Shown piece after piece: positions 15,573 through 19,484 of a stretch of 19,484 nucleotides of DNA (the first letter of the stretch is position 1; the number at the start of each line of letters is the position of its first letter). The notes under the pieces are model-generated. The model searched no databases. It was not told where the DNA came from and saw nothing but the letters and a program-made list of their open reading frames with translations. The stretch is taken from assembly GCA_049598495.1 (NCBI GenBank), contig JBMYNR010000032.1:1-19484 (forward strand), read 5' to 3'. The DNA comes from Opitutales bacterium (GTDB lineage: Bacteria; Verrucomicrobiota; Verrucomicrobiia; Opitutales; Coraliomargaritaceae). Made by a program: the position numbers and the translations under genes.

Positions 15573-17060
15573 CTAACGGCGGCGGATGAGGAAGATCATG
15601 AGTCCAAACAGCGCAGTCGCGCCAGGGATAGTCGCGTAATAGAGGAGTAGACGTTTGAGACCTTTCTCGCTCATGACGATTTGATAATTCTCAAGTGGGC
15701 GTGTCGCGATATTCAGCAGGTTGTTCTTTGAGAGAGCCCAGTTCATTGAGTTGTAAAAGAGTGTTCGGTTGCCGAATGAGCGTAATCGATTGTTGGTGAT
15801 GAAGTCGGAATTTCCGAAAGCGACGAACCTTCCCCCCGGGATGTTGATCCCAAGTTCCGATCCAGCCGTCCGTGTGGATACGGTCGCGATGGCGACGGGG
15901 CCACTAAGGTCGCGGCCCTCGTCTAGTTGGGGCGGGCTTTGGGTCCGGTAGTCGCGCTCCCCCCAACTGTAGTTCGACGTGCCGATGATCTGGGTGACCT
16001 TGAGTCGGGGGTCGTTGAGGGAGCCCGGGTCTGTCCGGACGGGGCGCGGTTTACCGAAGAGAGCAGTGATTTGATACTCTACCAGCAGTTCCGTGATGGG
16101 GTGCTCCGCAAACCGGCGAATGATCAGGTCGCCGCCTTGAGCACGGAAATCGGGGCCGTTGTCTTCCACTGCCATGTCGTCGGCCAAGACGCCCCAATCA
16201 TAAAACAGTTCGTCCATGCCGTGGCGACGCCCGGGGTCGATCAAAACGATCATCCGTCCGTTGCGTTCGCTCATATAGCGACGTAACTTCTCTACTTCCT
16301 CTGGAAGCAGACTCGCCTGAGGTGAGGGCACAACGATGAGATCCGCATCTTCCGGGACGTCAGCGTCGAGGGCAAGGTCGAGCGTGGCCAGCGTGTAGTT
16401 GCGCTCCCGCAGAAAGGCCTCCAGTTGAGACAGACCCCGCAGCGGATCGACGTCGTCGAGTCGCATCTCACCGTGGCCGACGAGGAAATAGATCGTATCC
16501 TCCTCCTCTGAGGAGACATCGATAATCGCTGAGGTGAGAGCCTTCTCACCACGGAAGCCGATGATCTGGTCGTTTTCGATTTCGTAGAGATCGCCTTGGC
16601 GAATTTCTCGGGTGCGTTCGCCCTTCGCTACGAGGATGATGTTCTCCTCATTCAGGTTGTATTTCGTGGCAATCTCCTGGGCGCGTTTACGTTGCCTGTA
16701 GATGTCCACATATTCGATCAGGATGTGGGCCTTCCCATCGATCATACCCGCTGCTTCATATTCACGGAAGAGCTTGTCAAGATGTTGATGAATCTGAACG
16801 AGCTCAGGTATATCCGGGTCTTTTGGAATGGTAACGATGATCTCGACGGGCGCCACCAGTTCGCGAATGTAGGCCTTTGATTCCGGTGCGAGCGTGTAGG
16901 TTCCCGACTGGGTGAGATCAATTCGGCCAAAGTATTTTGAAGACAGGAAATTGAGGGATACGATAAAGCAAAGCCCCAGCAGGACCTGCAAAATACGATT
17001 GGCCAAGCGGAAGCGCCGCGCGTAGCGAAATTCGTTAAAACGGTTCTTTTGCATGGGCAC
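15573..17060 (-). CDS. GldG-like ABC transporter auxiliary component (GIFT domain)
   Basis: TM, then RIDLTQSGTYTL, IYFLVGHGEM, GRFVAFGNSDF, GNRTLFYNSMNW, and a C-terminal TM ending RRR. Start is GTG 17060 or ATG 17054. Confidence 0.9.
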   Translation of the reverse strand: MPMQKNRFNEFRYARRFRLANRILQVLLGLCFIVSLNFLSSKYFGRIDLTQSGTYTLAPESKAYIRELVAPVEIIVTIPKDPDIPELVQIHQHLDKLFREYEAAGMIDGKAHILIEYVDIYRQRKRAQEIATKYNLNEENIILVAKGERTREIRQGDLYEIENDQIIGFRGEKALTSAIIDVSSEEEDTIYFLVGHGEMRLDDVDPLRGLSQLEAFLRERNYTLATLDLALDADVPEDADLIVVPSPQASLLPEEVEKLRRYMSERNGRMIVLIDPGRRHGMDELFYDWGVLADDMAVEDNGPDFRAQGGDLIIRRFAEHPITELLVEYQITALFGKPRPVRTDPGSLNDPRLKVTQIIGTSNYSWGERDYRTQSPPQLDEGRDLSGPVAIATVSTRTAGSELGINIPGGRFVAFGNSDFITNNRLRSFGNRTLFYNSMNWALSKNNLLNIATRPLENYQIVMSEKGLKRLLLYYATIPGATALFGLMIFLIRRR

Positions 17061-17061
17061 G

Positions 17062-17826
17062 TTAGGCCTTCGCCTCGATTATGAGGGTGGAGAAGCCGAG
17101 CAGGAGCAAGCCGGTGCTGGCGTAATAAATAAAAGGACGTGTATCGATGATACCGCGGGAAAAATCGTCCAGATGTTCAAAGATCTGCAGGTAATTGATG
17201 GCAGCACGGGTCCACGCTCCGAGGTCGGCACCTCCATCGGCAAGATTAGCCATTTGCTGGCCGCCGACTATCACAACGAATAGCATGGTGAAGCTCAGCA
17301 TGCCGGCCACTAACTGGCTTCGGGTAACACTGCTTGCAAAAATTCCGATGGAGACAAAAAGTAGGCCACTGGTAGCCAGGAATAGAAAGCTCCCTATAAA
17401 CGGAGCGGTTTCCAGAAGGGCCCCGCTTTCCGCTGCCTGGGGGTAGAGACGATCCGTTAGAATGGGAAACCCTAGCGTCAACGCCCACAGCAGCATGTAA
17501 AAAATATAGGCACCTGCAAATTTACTAAGGACAACGGCGACACGGGAGGTGGGCGTGGTCATCAAGGTATCCAGCGTGCCAATACTTCTCTCGCCGGCGA
17601 TGCTACGCATGGTCAGGAGTGGCACCACAAAGAAAACAGGGATCCAGAATAATGCGAAAAACTGGACGGTTGGTTGGATATCCGAAGGTGTGTTCACCAT
17701 GCCACGGAGGATCGCCCAGTAGAGGAAGCCCATCAAGCAGAGGAAGAGAACCGCCGCAATGTAGGTCGGCGGGCTGATCAGTAGCATACGAAGTTCGTGT
17801 TTGAGCAGTATAAGGAAGTGACGCAT
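17062..17826 (-). CDS. GldF-like ABC-2 type permease
   Basis: About six hydrophobic segments; PLLTMRSIAGERSIGTLDTLMTTP, VVLSKF, HLDDFSRGIIDTR. Confidence 0.92.
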   Translation of the reverse strand: MRHFLILLKHELRMLLISPPTYIAAVLFLCLMGFLYWAILRGMVNTPSDIQPTVQFFALFWIPVFFVVPLLTMRSIAGERSIGTLDTLMTTPTSRVAVVLSKFAGAYIFYMLLWALTLGFPILTDRLYPQAAESGALLETAPFIGSFLFLATSGLLFVSIGIFASSVTRSQLVAGMLSFTMLFVVIVGGQQMANLADGGADLGAWTRAAINYLQIFEHLDDFSRGIIDTRPFIYYASTGLLLLGFSTLIIEAKA

Positions 17827-17858
17827 GAATCAGATGACTGATGGTGGATGATGAAGGG

Positions 17859-18857
17859 CTAGGCGGCGCTCACCTTTGGCTTGGATTCGATCGTTTCCTC
17901 CCATGAGCGTTTGGTGGCTGCGAGGAAGATCTCCTCGAGGGTCGGCTCTCGAGGCGCGATACTATGCAGTGTGAAATCGTCGTGCTGAGTCAGGGCCTTG
18001 AGGAGCCGTGGGCCGAGCAGGTCATCATCTTCGACCCGTAGGATGAGCTTGGTCCGATCATCTTCGGTCTTCTCAATCTCCAGAATGGCCGCATCAAAAC
18101 CCAGACCGGCGAGGCAGGTGGTGACTGAATTCTCGTTGCCCTCGACCGTGAGGCTATAACGGTTACCCGGTAGGAATTCCTCACGTAACTCTTTGCCGGA
18201 GCCGGCTGCGACGACCCGGCCGCGATTGATGATGATCACCCGGTCGCAGGAGCGCTCGATCTCTGGCAGGATATGGCTGGAGAGGATGACGGTGTGTTTG
18301 CCGCGAAGATTGTCGATGAGTTTGCGTATGCCCTGGATCTGGTGTGGGTCGAGTCCGATGGTGGGTTCGTCCATGATGATCACCTCAGGGTTGCCGAGTA
18401 GGGCGTCAGCAATGCCGACCCGTTGCCGGAAGCCTTTCGAAAGCGTGCCGATAATCTTGCGGCGCGCAGTACGGGCCAGATCGCAGATGTCCATGGCCTC
18501 CTCCACGGCGGCGCGGAGCTTCCGACTGGGCACCCGCTTCAACCGCGCGCGGAAACGCAGGTATTCGACAACACGCATGTCGTCCGGTAGGGGATTATTT
18601 TCCGGCATGTATCCGATCTTACGCTTCACATCGTGGGGATTTTGCGCAACACAGATGCCACCAATCCAGGCAGAACCCGAAGTGGCGGACATAATGCCCG
18701 AGAGGATTCGCATAGTCGTGCTCTTACCGGCACCGTTGGGTCCAAGAAAACCGACGACTTCGCCCGGGTGGACGGTGAAGTTGATCTTATGGACCGCCGT
18801 GAGCGCGCCGAACTGGCGGGTGAGGTCTTGGACGCGAATACTGGGGGTGGTTTCCAT
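17859..18857 (-). CDS. GldA-like ABC transporter ATP-binding protein
   Basis: Walker A GPNGAGKST, GYMPE loop, signature LSKGFRQR, Walker B IIMDEP, H-loop SSH, and C-terminal PTLEEIF. Confidence 0.96.
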   Translation of the reverse strand: METTPSIRVQDLTRQFGALTAVHKINFTVHPGEVVGFLGPNGAGKSTTMRILSGIMSATSGSAWIGGICVAQNPHDVKRKIGYMPENNPLPDDMRVVEYLRFRARLKRVPSRKLRAAVEEAMDICDLARTARRKIIGTLSKGFRQRVGIADALLGNPEVIIMDEPTIGLDPHQIQGIRKLIDNLRGKHTVILSSHILPEIERSCDRVIIINRGRVVAAGSGKELREEFLPGNRYSLTVEGNENSVTTCLAGLGFDAAILEIEKTEDDRTKLILRVEDDDLLGPRLLKALTQHDDFTLHSIAPREPTLEEIFLAATKRSWEETIESKPKVSAA

Positions 18858-18858
18858 T

Positions 18859-18907
18859 TTCAGAAGTCAGAAGTCAGAAGTCAGAAGTTAGAGGGCGGAG
18901 GACAGGC
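18859..18907 (+). repeat. Heptamer tandem repeat (GTCAGAA)n, left arm
   Basis: TTCAGAA GTCAGAA GTCAGAA GTCAGAA GTTAGAG GGCGGAG GACAGGC, beginning 1 nt from the ABC ATPase start codon. Confidence 0.9.
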
Positions 18908-18983
18908 AATAGGTATGATAGGAGCGTGCTACTGGTAGGGCTCTTGGCCGTGGACGAACTTGGAAATGTCGCCGCATGGTGGT

Positions 18984-19025
18984 TTTCGGCATCCGGCTTC
19001 TGTTCTCTGGGTTTTGTCTTCTGAA
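18984..19025 (-). repeat. Degenerate heptamer repeat, inverted right arm
   Basis: Plus strand TTTCGGC ATCCGGC TTCTGTT CTCTGGG TTTTGTC TTCTGAA keeps a 7-nt period of TTCTGAC-like units; the terminal CTTCTGAA is the exact reverse complement of 18859-18866. Confidence 0.6.
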
Positions 19026-19327
19026 TACGAATCATTCTTTCTGAACCAAAAATGAGGCGGCTTCAAGGTTCTGTAAGGCTTAATTGATTGAGCCCATAGG
19101 GGATGTATCCTGTTGATGGTTAAATTGTTAAGGTCTATCTGGAGTCCGCGTTCTGGGCGGCAGTCTCAAATCGAATGCAAAAAAAGCCCAAAAAACATCA
19201 CCCGCTTAACGGAAATTGAATGGTTATTTGATAATATGGTAGCGCCATGCAGCATGGCCGAGTGTGGCGTCTATGGTTCAATCACTAATCACCGAGTGCG
19301 TCGAGGATATGCTGAATGGCGGATGAC

Positions 19328-19358
19328 AAAAAAGCCGCATCCGAAATGGAGATGCGGC
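19328..19358 (-). terminator. Intrinsic terminator for a minus-strand transcript coming from the right
   Basis: Minus strand GCCGCATC-TCCATTTCG-GATGCGGC-TTTTTT. Confidence 0.8.
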
Positions 19359-19404
19359 ATTTAGGGAATCGTGTTTCCGGTTAAGAGCACATTGCATTTA
19401 GTTC

Positions 19405-19484
19405 GAACCTCTGATGAGGCCTTGTTTGAGAGGTCGCTGCGTTGCCCCGTCAGTTATGCACCCCGGTGCACGCCTGACGGGCCG
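19405..19484. repeat. Palindromic MITE/repeat-like segment truncated by the window end
   Basis: Long hairpin CCCGTCAG..TGCAC-CCCG-GTGCA..CTGACGGG (19446-19481) preceded by GAACCTCTGATGA and a GGCCT/AGGTC stem. Confidence 0.35.

Noticed and set aside
18193..18891. 232-aa plus-strand ORF and other antisense ORFs inside the large genes (e.g. 14433-14951, 971-1435)
   Set aside because: Shadow frames opposite or inside well-supported genes, with no domain signatures.
19113..19364. 83-aa plus-strand ORF
   Set aside because: No recognisable motif, low-GC intergenic composition, and it runs through a terminator hairpin.
19411..19440. Hammerhead ribozyme (CTGATGA followed by a GGCCT/AGGTC stem)
   Set aside because: The stem is followed by GCTG rather than the essential GAAA.

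Overview
Bacterial chromosomal window; gene content and repeat style suggest Verrucomicrobiota/Opitutales (inference only). Left to right: a SNF2-family helicase (+) converging on a SWIB-domain gene (-) across a four-copy GTAG REP cluster; aroQ and a DUF3127 gene (-), preceded by a probable 6S RNA (-); a nitroreductase (-) divergent from a four-gene light/UV-repair operon (+: CPD photolyase, FeS-type (6-4) photolyase, TIGR01777 epimerase, renalase-like oxidoreductase); a 550-bp repeat-mosaic intergenic region containing a second copy of a ~110-nt element also found at the window start; and a five-gene envelope operon (-: GldA/F/G-like ABC system, tandem DUF4340 protein, AsmA-like protein) whose leader is framed by inverted heptamer repeats. 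No transposase, CRISPR-Cas, tRNA or rRNA was seen. The best candidates for undescribed biology are the ABC-DUF4340-AsmA operon and the duplicated ~110-nt structured element. All calls come from reading the sequence by eye; no searches were run.
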